Shown here one piece after another: positions 8,432 to 17,290 of a stretch of 43,322 nt of DNA. This DNA is from a virus. A program made the position numbers and the translations under genes. Under the pieces are notes generated by a model. It was not told the DNA's origin and did not search any database. It worked only from the letters and a program-made list of their open reading frames with translations. How positions within the stretch are numbered: position 1 is the stretch's first letter; every line of letters begins with the position of its first letter. Where the stretch lies: the IMG/VR virus record IMGVR_UViG_3300045988_014780, positions 1 through 43,322 of that record; one strand, 5' to 3'.

Positions 8432-8654
8432 GTTCCCGGAAAGGCTGAGAAAGTTGCGGGAGTCCATGCGGCCAGTTCGGAGTATGACAGTTACATCACA
8501 ACTGATGGGGTTGCATCCGGATATGTTGAGAAGATATGAGCGAGGAGAAGTAGAGCCGTCTATGGACGCCCTATATAAAATCGCGGATTATTATGGGGTC
8601 AGTACGGACTATCTGCTTGGGAGAACAAACTTCCCATTTGTACATAGGGTGTAA
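8424..8654 (+). CDS. XRE-family HTH transcriptional regulator
   Basis: 76 aa. FPERLRKLRE...LMGLHPDMLRRYERGEVEPSMDALYKIADYYGVSTDYLLGR is a canonical HTH_3 domain. Confidence 0.75.
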   Translation: MGEFPERLRKLRESMRPVRSMTVTSQLMGLHPDMLRRYERGEVEPSMDALYKIADYYGVSTDYLLGRTNFPFVHRV

Positions 8655-8729
8655 TCTTTCATCATCACAAAAAACCCGGGCAGTGGTTCCCACAAAAGTG
8701 GGAATTAAAAGCGAAGACTATGCGAGAAT

Positions 8730-8769
8730 GGAGCATGAGGGAGTGACTTCCCCATGCTCCTTCTTTTTC
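8730..8769 (+). terminator. Rho-independent terminator closing the early operon
   Basis: GGAGCATG-A-GGGA / TCCC-CATGCTCC stem (8730-8760) followed by TTCTTTTTCC. Confidence 0.6.
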
Positions 8770-9043
8770 CTCCCCTTTCGGGCTGTGACCAACCACGGCC
8801 CAAAGGGCAACCCACTCCCCCGGCGGGGTATCTAGTAAGCAGATATTAAAAACGGAAAAGAGAGCCTCTCTTGTACGTTTCCTGCCGGGGGACTCCCTTC
8901 AAATATGCCGCACGAGCGCATCAGCCCACATATCAGGGCCGGAGGGTCGCGCCCTCCATGCGGCACCATAGGGCGTGCCCGTCTCGCTGAAATGATGGGA
9001 GGGTCGGGTACGGGGAATTTTTGATTGAGGTGGTGAGTCCATT

Positions 9044-9391
9044 GTGGCAAAAGGTAAGTATCAACGGTGGTTGGAGCCAGATGGGCTCTTGCTGCTGGAG
9101 GGCTGGGCCCGGGATGGGCTGACAGACGAGCAAATCGCCGGGAATATCGGGATTACAGCGACTACGCTCTATGAATGGAAAAACAGATTTCCTGAGATTT
9201 CTGAGGCCCTAAAAAAGGGCAAAGAAGTTGTTGATTACCAAGTCGAAAATGCACTTCTGGCATCTGCATTGGATGGTAACACCACGGCGCAGATATTTTG
9301 GCTGAAGAACCGAAGACCGGATAGGTGGAGGGAGAAGCCCACCGAAAACAAAAGCGAGGATACAGAGGTCAGGGTGATTATTGATGTCTGA
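9044..9391 (+). CDS. terS: Terminase small subunit
   Basis: 115 aa with GTG start. HTH LTDEQIAGNIGITATTLYEWKNRFPE and ...AQIFWLKNRRPDRW are typical of Firmicute phage terS. Lies directly upstream of terL. Confidence 0.75.
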   Translation: MAKGKYQRWLEPDGLLLLEGWARDGLTDEQIAGNIGITATTLYEWKNRFPEISEALKKGKEVVDYQVENALLASALDGNTTAQIFWLKNRRPDRWREKPTENKSEDTEVRVIIDV

Positions 9392-10622
9392 GGTGCGGCT
9401 TTCTTCTGTTCTTGGCCCCGCATTTCATCTGCTTGCCCGTGATGTATTCCAACACGGACACACTCACTATGACTTATCCGGCGGGCGTGGTTCGCTCAAA
9501 TCCTCCGCAGTGTCGCTGATTGTGCCGCCGCTGCTGATCCATAACCCAGGCACTCACGCCCTAGTGCTCCGCAAGGTGGCAAACACCATCCGGGACAGCG
9601 TGTACGCTCAATATCTATGGGCAATCGGAGAACTGGGTATGGCGGCATATTGGGACGCAAAGGTCCAGCCCATGGAACTAATTTATAGACCGACAGGGCA
9701 AAAAATCATGTTTAGGGGCGCAGATGACCCCATGAAGATAAAATCTATCAAGGTGCCTTTCGGATATATTGCTGTGACCCACTTTGAAGAAAAGGATCAG
9801 TTTGCTGGCAGAGCAGAGATACGAACGATCCTACAATCCACCATGCGCGGCGGGTCGAAGTTCTGGAATTTTGAGAGTTACAACCCGCCCATCAGCCGGG
9901 ACAACTGGGCCAACAAGGACAGTCTGGAGGAAAGAGCAGACCGGCTGTGTCACAAGAGTACATACCTGGAAGCCCCTCCGGAGTGGTTGGGGGCACAGTT
10001 CCTGGCGGAAGCCGAGCATCTGAAAGCTACGGATGAGCGGGCGTACCGTCACGAATACTTAGGCGAGGCTGTTGGGACCGGCGGGAATGTGTTTGAGAAT
10101 CTGGAACTGCGGGAAATCACAGACGAAGAGTTTGCTTCCTTTGACCGCATCTATCAGGGCGTGGACTGGGGCTGGTTCCCTGACCCGTTTGCCTTTATTC
10201 GGCTTCACTATGACCGGGCTAGGGAGACAATATACCTAATGGACGAGATATACCAAAATAAGTTAACCAACGAGGCAAGTGGGAAGCTGATTCTTTCCAA
10301 AGGGTACAAGGATGCTTACATTATTTGCGACAGCGCAGAGCCTAAATCATCAGCAGACTATCGGGCGATGGGCCTTCCGGCCAAAGAAGCAATTAAGGGG
10401 CCTGGAAGTGTGGAATATGGCATGAAGTGGCTCCAGCGGCGAAAGATTGTTATTGACCGCCGGAGGACGCCAAACGCTTATAACGAGTTTGTTAACTACG
10501 AGTATGAGCGTAATAAGGATGGAGAGATCATCAGCGGTTATCCCGACGAGAACAACCACCTTATTGACGCCACAAGATACGCTCTCGAGCGCGTATTTAG
10601 GAGAATGGGGGTGACTGCTTGA
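9384..10622 (+). CDS. terL: Terminase large subunit (PBSX/XtmB-type, headful)
   Basis: About 412 aa. Walker A-like SGGRGSLKSS and a nuclease half with DxxxD-type acidic motifs. Synteny is terS-terL-portal. Confidence 0.9.
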   Translation: MSEVRLSSVLGPAFHLLARDVFQHGHTHYDLSGGRGSLKSSAVSLIVPPLLIHNPGTHALVLRKVANTIRDSVYAQYLWAIGELGMAAYWDAKVQPMELIYRPTGQKIMFRGADDPMKIKSIKVPFGYIAVTHFEEKDQFAGRAEIRTILQSTMRGGSKFWNFESYNPPISRDNWANKDSLEERADRLCHKSTYLEAPPEWLGAQFLAEAEHLKATDERAYRHEYLGEAVGTGGNVFENLELREITDEEFASFDRIYQGVDWGWFPDPFAFIRLHYDRARETIYLMDEIYQNKLTNEASGKLILSKGYKDAYIICDSAEPKSSADYRAMGLPAKEAIKGPGSVEYGMKWLQRRKIVIDRRRTPNAYNEFVNYEYERNKDGEIISGYPDENNHLIDATRYALERVFRRMGVTA

Positions 10623-12040
10623 ACATAAACGAGAAGCTGAAAGAACTGGGCTTTGCCACTATCAGCGAGGACTTTTACCGCAAGGTGCAGGAGTGGAAAA
10701 GCTGGTATGTGGGAGATGTCAAGGGCTTCCATCAGTACAGGGTCCGAAACGGAACGGGCATGGTCCGATGCAAGCGGTACACCCTCAACATGGGCAAGAA
10801 AATCCCGGAGGACTGGGCGAATCTGCTCATGAATGAGCGGGTTGAAATCACTCTGGATGGCACGAAAGAACAAGAATTTATTGACCGAGTTCTGAAGGAG
10901 AACAACTTTCGCGTGCGCTCCAACGAGATGCAGGAAATGGCCTTCGCTCTTGGCACGGTGGCTTTTATCCCCCGCGTGGTGGGCATGGGGGTCACTAAGG
11001 CGGGGCCGATTCCAGGCAGCGCAACCGATATCATCATTGACTATGTAACGGTAGAGCATATCTGGCCCCTGTCATGGCAGAATGGCGTTATTACTGAATG
11101 TGCCTTTGACAGCATCGTCAACGTAAACGGGGACGATTACTGCTATCTGCAAATTCACCGGAAGGTCGACGGCCTGTACAACATTGAGAACCGGCTGTAT
11201 ACATATCGGAACCAGAACGTGGATACTGAGGTACAGCTGACCTCCGTGCAGGGATTTGAGCGGGTGCCGCCTGTGGTTCATACGGGCTCTGACCGGCGGC
11301 AATTTGTCATTGACCGGCCTAATATTGCAAACAACTTCGATTACTCCATTCCGCTCGGGATTTCGGTCTACGCCAACGCCATCGACAGCATGAAGGGCGT
11401 TGATATTGCTTTTGACAGCTACGTCAATGAGTTTGTGCTCGGGAAAAAGCGGGTGATGGTCAAGCCAGCAGCAACAAAAGACCTTGAAGGAGAACCGTTT
11501 TTTGACCCTGACGACCTGGCCTATTATGTCCTACCGGAGGATATAAGCGATGGCTCTGTTATTACTCCCATTGATATGAAGTTGAGAACTGCGGAGCACA
11601 GCGAGGGTATTCAGACGCAACTCAATTTACTTTCCAGTAAGTGCGGCTTTGGCGAAAACTATTACCGCTTCGATCAGGGCAGCATTACTACGGCCACCCA
11701 GGTCATCAGCGAAAACAGCACCATGTTCCGTACCATCAAGAAGCATGAAATCATTCTGGAGAGCGCCATCAAGGAACTGTGCCGGATCATTCTCCACCTC
11801 GGCAACACTGCCATGGGGGCCGGGCTAAGTGAGGACGCAGAAGTCACCATTGATTTCGATGATAGTATCATCGAGGACAAGACAACAGAGCGCAATAATG
11901 ACCGCCAAGACCTTGCGGCGGGCATCATGAATGACTGGGAATACCGTATGAAATGGTACAACGAGGACGAGGCCACGGCAAAGAAGATGCTGCCGAAGAT
12001 GGAGGAAATGACCACGGAGTCACAACAGGAGATTGAGTAA
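10619..12040 (+). CDS. Portal protein (SPP1 gp6-like)
   Basis: 473 aa, immediately after terL with TTG/TGA overlap. N-terminal ...YRKVQEWKSWYVGDVKGFHQY... is typical of this portal family. Confidence 0.9.
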   Translation: MNINEKLKELGFATISEDFYRKVQEWKSWYVGDVKGFHQYRVRNGTGMVRCKRYTLNMGKKIPEDWANLLMNERVEITLDGTKEQEFIDRVLKENNFRVRSNEMQEMAFALGTVAFIPRVVGMGVTKAGPIPGSATDIIIDYVTVEHIWPLSWQNGVITECAFDSIVNVNGDDYCYLQIHRKVDGLYNIENRLYTYRNQNVDTEVQLTSVQGFERVPPVVHTGSDRRQFVIDRPNIANNFDYSIPLGISVYANAIDSMKGVDIAFDSYVNEFVLGKKRVMVKPAATKDLEGEPFFDPDDLAYYVLPEDISDGSVITPIDMKLRTAEHSEGIQTQLNLLSSKCGFGENYYRFDQGSITTATQVISENSTMFRTIKKHEIILESAIKELCRIILHLGNTAMGAGLSEDAEVTIDFDDSIIEDKTTERNNDRQDLAAGIMNDWEYRMKWYNEDEATAKKMLPKMEEMTTESQQEIE

Positions 12041-12041
12041 A

Positions 12042-12242
12042 ATGGTATGGGTTAATGTAAAAGATAGGCTTCCGAAAGAAGGCCAAGAGGTCATTGCCGT
12101 AGTTACGATATTTCGAGGTGGACTGAAGGAAAAGACTAAAGCTGTTTGTACAAGATTTGAAAATGGTCGATTCATGTTTTTTGCTTTGGATGAATGTTAT
12201 TTTGTAAGTTGTTGGATGCCGCTGCCGGATATCCCTGAATAA
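12042..12242 (+). CDS. DUF551-like small protein (moron between portal and head-morphogenesis genes)
   Basis: MVWVNVKDRLPKEGQEV ... SCWMPLPDIPE matches the DUF551 W..V.D.LP ... W.PLP pattern. AT-rich relative to its neighbours. Confidence 0.5.
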   Translation: MVWVNVKDRLPKEGQEVIAVVTIFRGGLKEKTKAVCTRFENGRFMFFALDECYFVSCWMPLPDIPE

Positions 12243-12243
12243 A

Positions 12244-13431
12244 ATGCAGAAATACCCATTTACACCTGAAGTTCTTGACGCCCTCCCAGAAGAACTTGCA
12301 GAGTTATACCGAAACCTAGAGAATACTCTTTTGGAGGAAATTTGCTCCCGCCTGAAAGTGGCTGGAGAACTAAATGAAGTAACGGTGTTGGACATCCAAG
12401 CACTCCGGTCTCACGGTATCAGCCAACAGGAGATTGAACAAGCAATCAAAAGAACGACCAATATCGGCGAGAAAGAGTTGAATAAGCTATTTGACGATGT
12501 TGTAGAGCGGAACCAGCAGTATTATACTAGCCTGATTGATATATCAGATGTAACAGCGCCAAAAACACTGCTGAGCGTCGAAGATACCTATGCCATTTAT
12601 GAGCAGACTCGCAAAACGTTCCGAAATATTACTCAATCAATGGCTTTCCTGCTCGACAATGGCCGAACGATGCTCCGGCCTGCAAGTGCTTACCAATGGG
12701 CGCTTGATAATGCCGTGTTGCAGATACAAAGTGGAGCAATCAGCTACAATCAGGCAATTAGCGGTGCTGTGAAGCAGCTTGCAGACAGCGGCATCAAGAC
12801 GGCAGAATACAAAAGCGGCCACATGGACCAGATCGACGTTGCGGTCCGCCGTGCTATTATGACTGGTATCAATCAGCTTTGCCAACAGTATTCGGAGCAA
12901 GGCATGGATTATTTGGAAACTGATCTGGTTGAGGTCTCTGCTCATATCGGGGCGCGGAACACCGGAACTGGGCCGGAAAATCACGAGAGCTGGCAAGGGA
13001 AGATTTACCGATGGAGCGCAAAACCGAAGCAATCCAGCGGGAGATATCCTGATTTTATCGCTTCTACGGGTTATGGTACCGGACCTGGTCTAGGCGGATG
13101 GAACTGCCGCCACCACTTTTATCCGTTTGTTGAGGGTGTCATGGAGCCGACCTATTCAAGCTCTGATCTGAGCGCCATGAAGGGGAAAAATCGGGAGATA
13201 TCTTTTGAAGGCAGGCAGTACGATGGATATACGGCCACTCAAAAGCAACGCCAAATAGAGCGCACCGTCCGAAAGCTAAAGCGGGAACAAACCGCATATA
13301 AGGCCGCTGGACTGGAAGAAGATTACCAAGCTGTAACGGCTCGTATCCGGCGGCTGAACAAGGAATACAAAGTATTCAGCGAGGCGGCGGGGCTGCCGTT
13401 GCAGCGGGAGAGGATGAAGACAGAATATTGA
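12244..13431 (+). CDS. Head morphogenesis / minor capsid protein (SPP1 gp7, Mu F-like)
   Basis: 395 aa, follows the portal. GGWNCRHHFYPF motif is typical of the Phage_Mu_F domain. Confidence 0.85.
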   Translation: MQKYPFTPEVLDALPEELAELYRNLENTLLEEICSRLKVAGELNEVTVLDIQALRSHGISQQEIEQAIKRTTNIGEKELNKLFDDVVERNQQYYTSLIDISDVTAPKTLLSVEDTYAIYEQTRKTFRNITQSMAFLLDNGRTMLRPASAYQWALDNAVLQIQSGAISYNQAISGAVKQLADSGIKTAEYKSGHMDQIDVAVRRAIMTGINQLCQQYSEQGMDYLETDLVEVSAHIGARNTGTGPENHESWQGKIYRWSAKPKQSSGRYPDFIASTGYGTGPGLGGWNCRHHFYPFVEGVMEPTYSSSDLSAMKGKNREISFEGRQYDGYTATQKQRQIERTVRKLKREQTAYKAAGLEEDYQAVTARIRRLNKEYKVFSEAAGLPLQRERMKTEY

Positions 13432-13565
13432 TGGATGAAAAAGCGTGGGCCATCATCAAGTCCATACTTGACCGTGGAAATGATGCTATTATTCGAAAAA
13501 AGGAAAGCGGATTCCTCATCTTGGAGGAGAAAAAGAAAACCGTATATCGTTCCTCTGACCGATAG
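13431..13565 (+). CDS. Small hypothetical protein (44 aa, below the ORF-track cut-off)
   Basis: My own translation: MDEKAWAIIKSILDRGNDAIIRKKESGFLILEEKKKTVYRSSDR. ATG overlaps the upstream TGA and a terminator-like hairpin follows. Confidence 0.4.
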   Translation: MDEKAWAIIKSILDRGNDAIIRKKESGFLILEEKKKTVYRSSDR

Positions 13566-13628
13566 GGGCCAGAGAAGGACCGTTGGGGTCAACTGCTTAC
13601 AAATCGTAGGCGGTTGGCCCCTTTTTTG
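13565..13628 (+). terminator. Putative terminator (long-loop hairpin plus T-run)
   Basis: GGGGCCA (13565-13571) pairs with TGGCCCC (13615-21), followed by TTTTTTGTTTG. Confidence 0.4.
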
Positions 13629-13722
13629 TTTGTCAGAGAAGACGTAAAAACCCAAGCGGCAGAGAAGCCGAAAATCCCAAATATAAGACAGAGAAGTCTA
13701 TAAAACCCAAAGGAGAAGCATT

Positions 13723-14202
13723 ATGGCGAACATTGATACGAGTACCATCGAAGGATTTGACGGCATGACTGCCGACGAAAAGGTCACGGCACTGTTGGGC
13801 CTGCAAATCCCCGACCCTGTTGACCTGTCTGGATATGTAAAAAAGGATGTCTTTGATGCAAAGGCGACGGAGGCGGCATCGCTCGCAAAACAGTTGAAGA
13901 CCAAAACGACGGAGGCCGAAACTGCTGCCGGTACGCTTTCCACTACGCAGGCGGAGTTGGAGGCGCTCAAAAGAAGCTATTACGTTGCCTCCAAGGGCCT
14001 GACCGGGGACGAGGCGGAGTTTATCGCCTTCAAGGCCGGGAAGATGGTGAGCGATAAAGTCACCTTTGAGCAGGCCGTAGACGAGCTGACCGCTGACCGC
14101 AAGAAAACGACATTTGACTGGACCGCTCCTGTGGGCGGCGGGAAGCCAAAAACAGGAGAAAACGATGTAATGAACGCCCTGATTCGGGGCGCACTCAAGT
14201 AA
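13723..14202 (+). CDS. Scaffolding protein
   Basis: 159 aa, acidic and Ala/Lys/Glu-rich helical protein directly upstream of the major capsid gene. Confidence 0.7.
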   Translation: MANIDTSTIEGFDGMTADEKVTALLGLQIPDPVDLSGYVKKDVFDAKATEAASLAKQLKTKTTEAETAAGTLSTTQAELEALKRSYYVASKGLTGDEAEFIAFKAGKMVSDKVTFEQAVDELTADRKKTTFDWTAPVGGGKPKTGENDVMNALIRGALK

Positions 14203-14217
14203 GAAAGGAGCCTATCA

Positions 14218-15465
14218 ATGGCCGATATTATCGACAGAAGCAAACTTTCCGGGCTTATTCCTGAGCCTGTAACCCGTGAGATCATTCAGGGCGCGGTGAC
14301 GGAGTCCGCCGTGTTGCGGATGGCTCGTCGACTGCCCAACATGACCAGCAAGACGCAGACGCTCAATGTGCTGGACGCCCTGCCCACCGCCTACTTTGTA
14401 AACGGCGAGGCAGCTACCGGCGCGTCCGACTCCAAGGCGTCTCTGAAAAAGACCACCAACATGGCGTGGGACAAGAAGAAAATCTACGCCGAGGAGATTG
14501 CCGTTATCGTCCCTATTCCCGAAGCCGTGCTGGACGACAGCGACTACGACATCTGGGGCGAGGTACGGCCCCGCCTTGAGGAGGCATTTGGCAAGGTTAT
14601 CGATGCGGCTATCCTGTACGGGACTAACAAGCCTACTTCCTGGCGTGATGGTCTTGTTCCCTCCGCTGAAACCGCCGGTGCTGTTGTCCCTGCTACTGCT
14701 GATATTTTCGCAGACATCATGGGCGAAGGCGGCGTGATTGCGAAGGTGGAGGAGAGCGGTTATATCCCCAACGGTGTGATGGCCGCTATCCAGATGCGTG
14801 CCAAGTTGCGTGGCTTAGTGGACAAGAACGGCCAGCCCATTTTTAAGACCGACATGCAGGGCGATACCCGGTATGCGCTGGACGGCATGAGTATGTACTT
14901 CCCCGTTAACGGTGCGTATAACCCCGCTGAGTCCCTTGCCATCGTGGGCGACTGGAGTCAGCTGGTCTACGCCATCCGGCAGGACATGACATTCAAAATC
15001 TTCGACACTGGCGTTATTCAAGATCCAGCTTCCGGAGAGATTGTATATAACCTCCTTCAAAACGACATGGTGGCCCTCCGCGCCGTCATGCGGCTGGGCT
15101 GGGAGATTCCCAATCCCATCAACGCTTACAACGTCGAGGATAGTCATGCCTTCCCCTTCGCTGTGTACGCTGAGGCCACCGGTACCATCAGCGACGTGAG
15201 CATTACCCCGGCATCTCCCTCTATTGCCAAGGGGGCCGGACAGCAGTTTTCCGCTACTGTGACTGGTACTGGCGGCCCGTACAGCACCGCCGTTGACTGG
15301 AGCGTGACCGGCACCTCCGCCCTGAAGGCGGGCACCAAGATCAGCGCCTCCGGTTATCTGACCACTGACGCAACGGAGACAAATAGCTCCCTGACCGTGA
15401 CCGCCAAGAGCAAGCAGGACACCGGAAAGACCAAGACCGCCACTGTCACTCTGACGGGGGGTTAA
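14218..15465 (+). CDS. Major capsid protein (HK97 fold) with C-terminal Ig-like (Big_2-type) domain
   Basis: 415 aa. Capsid-family pattern ...AWDKKKIYAEEIAVIVPIPEAVLDDSDYDIWGEV.... The last ~95 aa (ITPASPSIAKGAGQQFSATVTG...VTAKS...ATVTLTGG) look like Big_2. Confidence 0.9.
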   Translation: MADIIDRSKLSGLIPEPVTREIIQGAVTESAVLRMARRLPNMTSKTQTLNVLDALPTAYFVNGEAATGASDSKASLKKTTNMAWDKKKIYAEEIAVIVPIPEAVLDDSDYDIWGEVRPRLEEAFGKVIDAAILYGTNKPTSWRDGLVPSAETAGAVVPATADIFADIMGEGGVIAKVEESGYIPNGVMAAIQMRAKLRGLVDKNGQPIFKTDMQGDTRYALDGMSMYFPVNGAYNPAESLAIVGDWSQLVYAIRQDMTFKIFDTGVIQDPASGEIVYNLLQNDMVALRAVMRLGWEIPNPINAYNVEDSHAFPFAVYAEATGTISDVSITPASPSIAKGAGQQFSATVTGTGGPYSTAVDWSVTGTSALKAGTKISASGYLTTDATETNSSLTVTAKSKQDTGKTKTATVTLTGG

Positions 15466-15541
15466 TTGAGGCCGCTGTAATGTCCGCATCAACGGTCTCT
15501 AAACCACGCAAGCGGACCACAAAGAGCTAGGAGGGCTCCTG

Positions 15542-15997
15542 ATGGCTTACGCAGATTATCAGTATTACAAAAATACATACCTGGGCACCGCCATTCAGGA
15601 GACCGACTTCCCGCGCCTCGCCTTGCGTGCAAGCAGCTTTTTGGACTATTACACGCAGGGCCGGGCGGGCCAAAATCAGGACGTGAACGCCGTGAAGATG
15701 GCCTGCTGTGCCGTTGCAGAGCAGTACCAGAGTATCGACCTTGCCCGGCAAGCGGCTCTGCATGCCCTCCAAAACTCCGCAAACGCTGGAGAGGCTGGGG
15801 AGCTGCAAAGCCAGAGCGTTGGAAGCTGGTCCAAGACATACCGGAGCGGAGGCGAGAGCGCACAGCAGGCCACGACAGCGGCACAGGCAGCACAAGCCTC
15901 TCTTGCGTCTGTTGCAGCGCAGTATTTGTCCAGTACGGGCCTCCTGTATCGTGGAAGGGGGTGTGGCTGTGTTCCCCCATGTTGTGACGCTCTATAA
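15542..15997 (+). CDS. Head-tail connector (gp6/gp15-like), by position
   Basis: 151 aa, first gene after the capsid gene. N-terminal YADYQYYKNTYLG...DFPRLALRASSFLDYYT is typical of connector proteins. Confidence 0.5.
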   Translation: MAYADYQYYKNTYLGTAIQETDFPRLALRASSFLDYYTQGRAGQNQDVNAVKMACCAVAEQYQSIDLARQAALHALQNSANAGEAGELQSQSVGSWSKTYRSGGESAQQATTAAQAAQASLASVAAQYLSSTGLLYRGRGCGCVPPCCDAL

Positions 15998-16412
15998 CGT
16001 GGTGACAGAAGAGGACCCTAGCACTTTTGAGGAAACAACTACAAATCATATTACCATTCTGCGAGGAGTTCTGCTGGATGCTGTCAAGGCCAAAAACGTT
16101 AACGAAAGCGGTTTGGTTGGAGCGGATGCAGTCAACCTCTATATTCCGACCAGCGTTGAAGCCGTAGACGGGGTGACTGGTGAGCCAAAGCAGTATGTAG
16201 GGCCTATTGAATTTTGGCGGGCAGAGGACAAGAGCGGGCTTTGGACGCTTTCCACTGGAGAAAACACCTTCTTTGTAAAAGGAGAAGCCGTTCACCCTAA
16301 TTGGTCTGCTCAGAAGATCGATGCCGCATACGATGATGTCTACAATGTCAACACTGTGGATTTCAAGGACTTCGGCGGAGAGATGTCGCACTGGGAAGTT
16401 GGTGGGAACTGA
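15963..16412 (+). CDS. Head-closure / head-tail joining protein, by position
   Basis: GTG 15963 lies after GGAAGGGGG (listed ORF starts far upstream at 15708); 149 aa. Confidence 0.45.
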   Translation: MAVFPHVVTLYNVVTEEDPSTFEETTTNHITILRGVLLDAVKAKNVNESGLVGADAVNLYIPTSVEAVDGVTGEPKQYVGPIEFWRAEDKSGLWTLSTGENTFFVKGEAVHPNWSAQKIDAAYDDVYNVNTVDFKDFGGEMSHWEVGGN

Positions 16413-16828
16413 TGTTTAGCTTTGATGTCAGCTCCAATATTGTTCCAACTGTGACGGGAAATTTAGAAGCTGCAAGCGAAAAGGCCGTTTATGCGATGGC
16501 TGTCCAAGCGCAAAAGGATACATCTCCATACGTTCCGGCCTTAACAGGCGACCTTGACCGGAGAACAAAAGTTGAAGAGTCAAAAATCATTTATCCCGGT
16601 CCACAATCTCGCTATTTGTACTACGGGAAATTGATGATAGACCCGGCAACAGGCAGCAGCTACGCATCTTATGGAGCAACAAAAGTTCTCACTGATAAAG
16701 ACTTGGTTTTCAACAAAGCTATGCACTCGCAGGCGCAATCACATTGGTTTGAGGCGAGCAAAGCGGAAAACAATGGCAAATGGGAACGAGTATTTGGAAA
16801 GGCGGTGAAGCGATATCTTCGAGGATAA
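16412..16828 (+). CDS. Head-tail joining protein (HK97 gp10-like / minor capsid family)
   Basis: 138 aa. DTSPYVPALTGDL...YPGPQSRYLYYG pattern and synteny. Confidence 0.5.
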   Translation: MFSFDVSSNIVPTVTGNLEAASEKAVYAMAVQAQKDTSPYVPALTGDLDRRTKVEESKIIYPGPQSRYLYYGKLMIDPATGSSYASYGATKVLTDKDLVFNKAMHSQAQSHWFEASKAENNGKWERVFGKAVKRYLRG

Positions 16829-16841
16829 AAAGCAGAAAATT

Positions 16842-17285
16842 TTGGCATCTTCGGAGGAAGTTGACCGCATTTCTCGCTCTATGCTGGTGTGGGCCAATAC
16901 TTTTCCGGACAAGCCTGTGACAGTTATCAAGTACGAGTTTTTGGACATCGATGATGCCGCCGGAGATGATGCGGCCATGGCTCTGTCTACTATCCAAGGA
17001 ACGTACATCACCCAGCGATATATCATCGGCGGGTATCAGGCGGAATACCAATTCAAGATCATCTACCGGATTAAACCGGGGAGCAGCAACGACAAGCGGC
17101 TCCAAGCAGACGAAATGCTGAACCATTTTGGGGACTGGGCAAGGACCCAACACCCCGATTTGGGAGATGGCATCAACGCTTTGAAAGTCGAGCCGACCAC
17201 ACAATCCTCTAAGTTCGCGGCTTATAAAGACGGCTATGAGGACTATCAAATTTTAATGAGACTGGCCTATGAGGTCAATGTCTGA
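16842..17285 (+). CDS. Tail-completion / neck protein, by position
   Basis: 147 aa, TTG start, directly upstream of the major tail gene. Confidence 0.45.
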   Translation: MASSEEVDRISRSMLVWANTFPDKPVTVIKYEFLDIDDAAGDDAAMALSTIQGTYITQRYIIGGYQAEYQFKIIYRIKPGSSNDKRLQADEMLNHFGDWARTQHPDLGDGINALKVEPTTQSSKFAAYKDGYEDYQILMRLAYEVNV

Positions 17286-17290
17286 AAGGA

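Noticed and set aside
8832-9133. Short - strand ORFs (8832-9050, 8933-9133) in the terS leader
   Set aside because: They have no RBS and their composition is Pro/Arg/Gly-rich. They overlap the terS start and lie antisense within an otherwise unidirectional late region.
13435-13647. Listed 70-aa ORF after the head-morphogenesis gene
   Set aside because: Its translation is low-quality (RRKRKPYIVPLTDRGQRR...) and it runs through a terminator hairpin. The overlapping frame from ATG 13431 gives a cleaner 44-aa protein ending at the hairpin.
15489-16391. 300-aa - strand ORF antisense to the connector genes. Similar long antisense ORFs lie at 27215-28117 (300 aa), 24233-25117 (294 aa), 6802-7509 (235 aa), 28539-29132 and 30415-31104
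   Set aside because: These are typical GC-rich antisense artefacts. The translations are Arg/Pro/Gly/Ser-rich, there are no RBSs, and each lies opposite a gene with a strong family signature or syntenic support.
15708-16412. Full-length 234-aa version of the head-closure ORF
   Set aside because: The first ~85 codons overlap the connector gene in another frame and translate to Arg/Pro/Ser-rich sequence. GTG 15963, preceded by GGAAGGGGG, gives a 149-aa protein of typical size.
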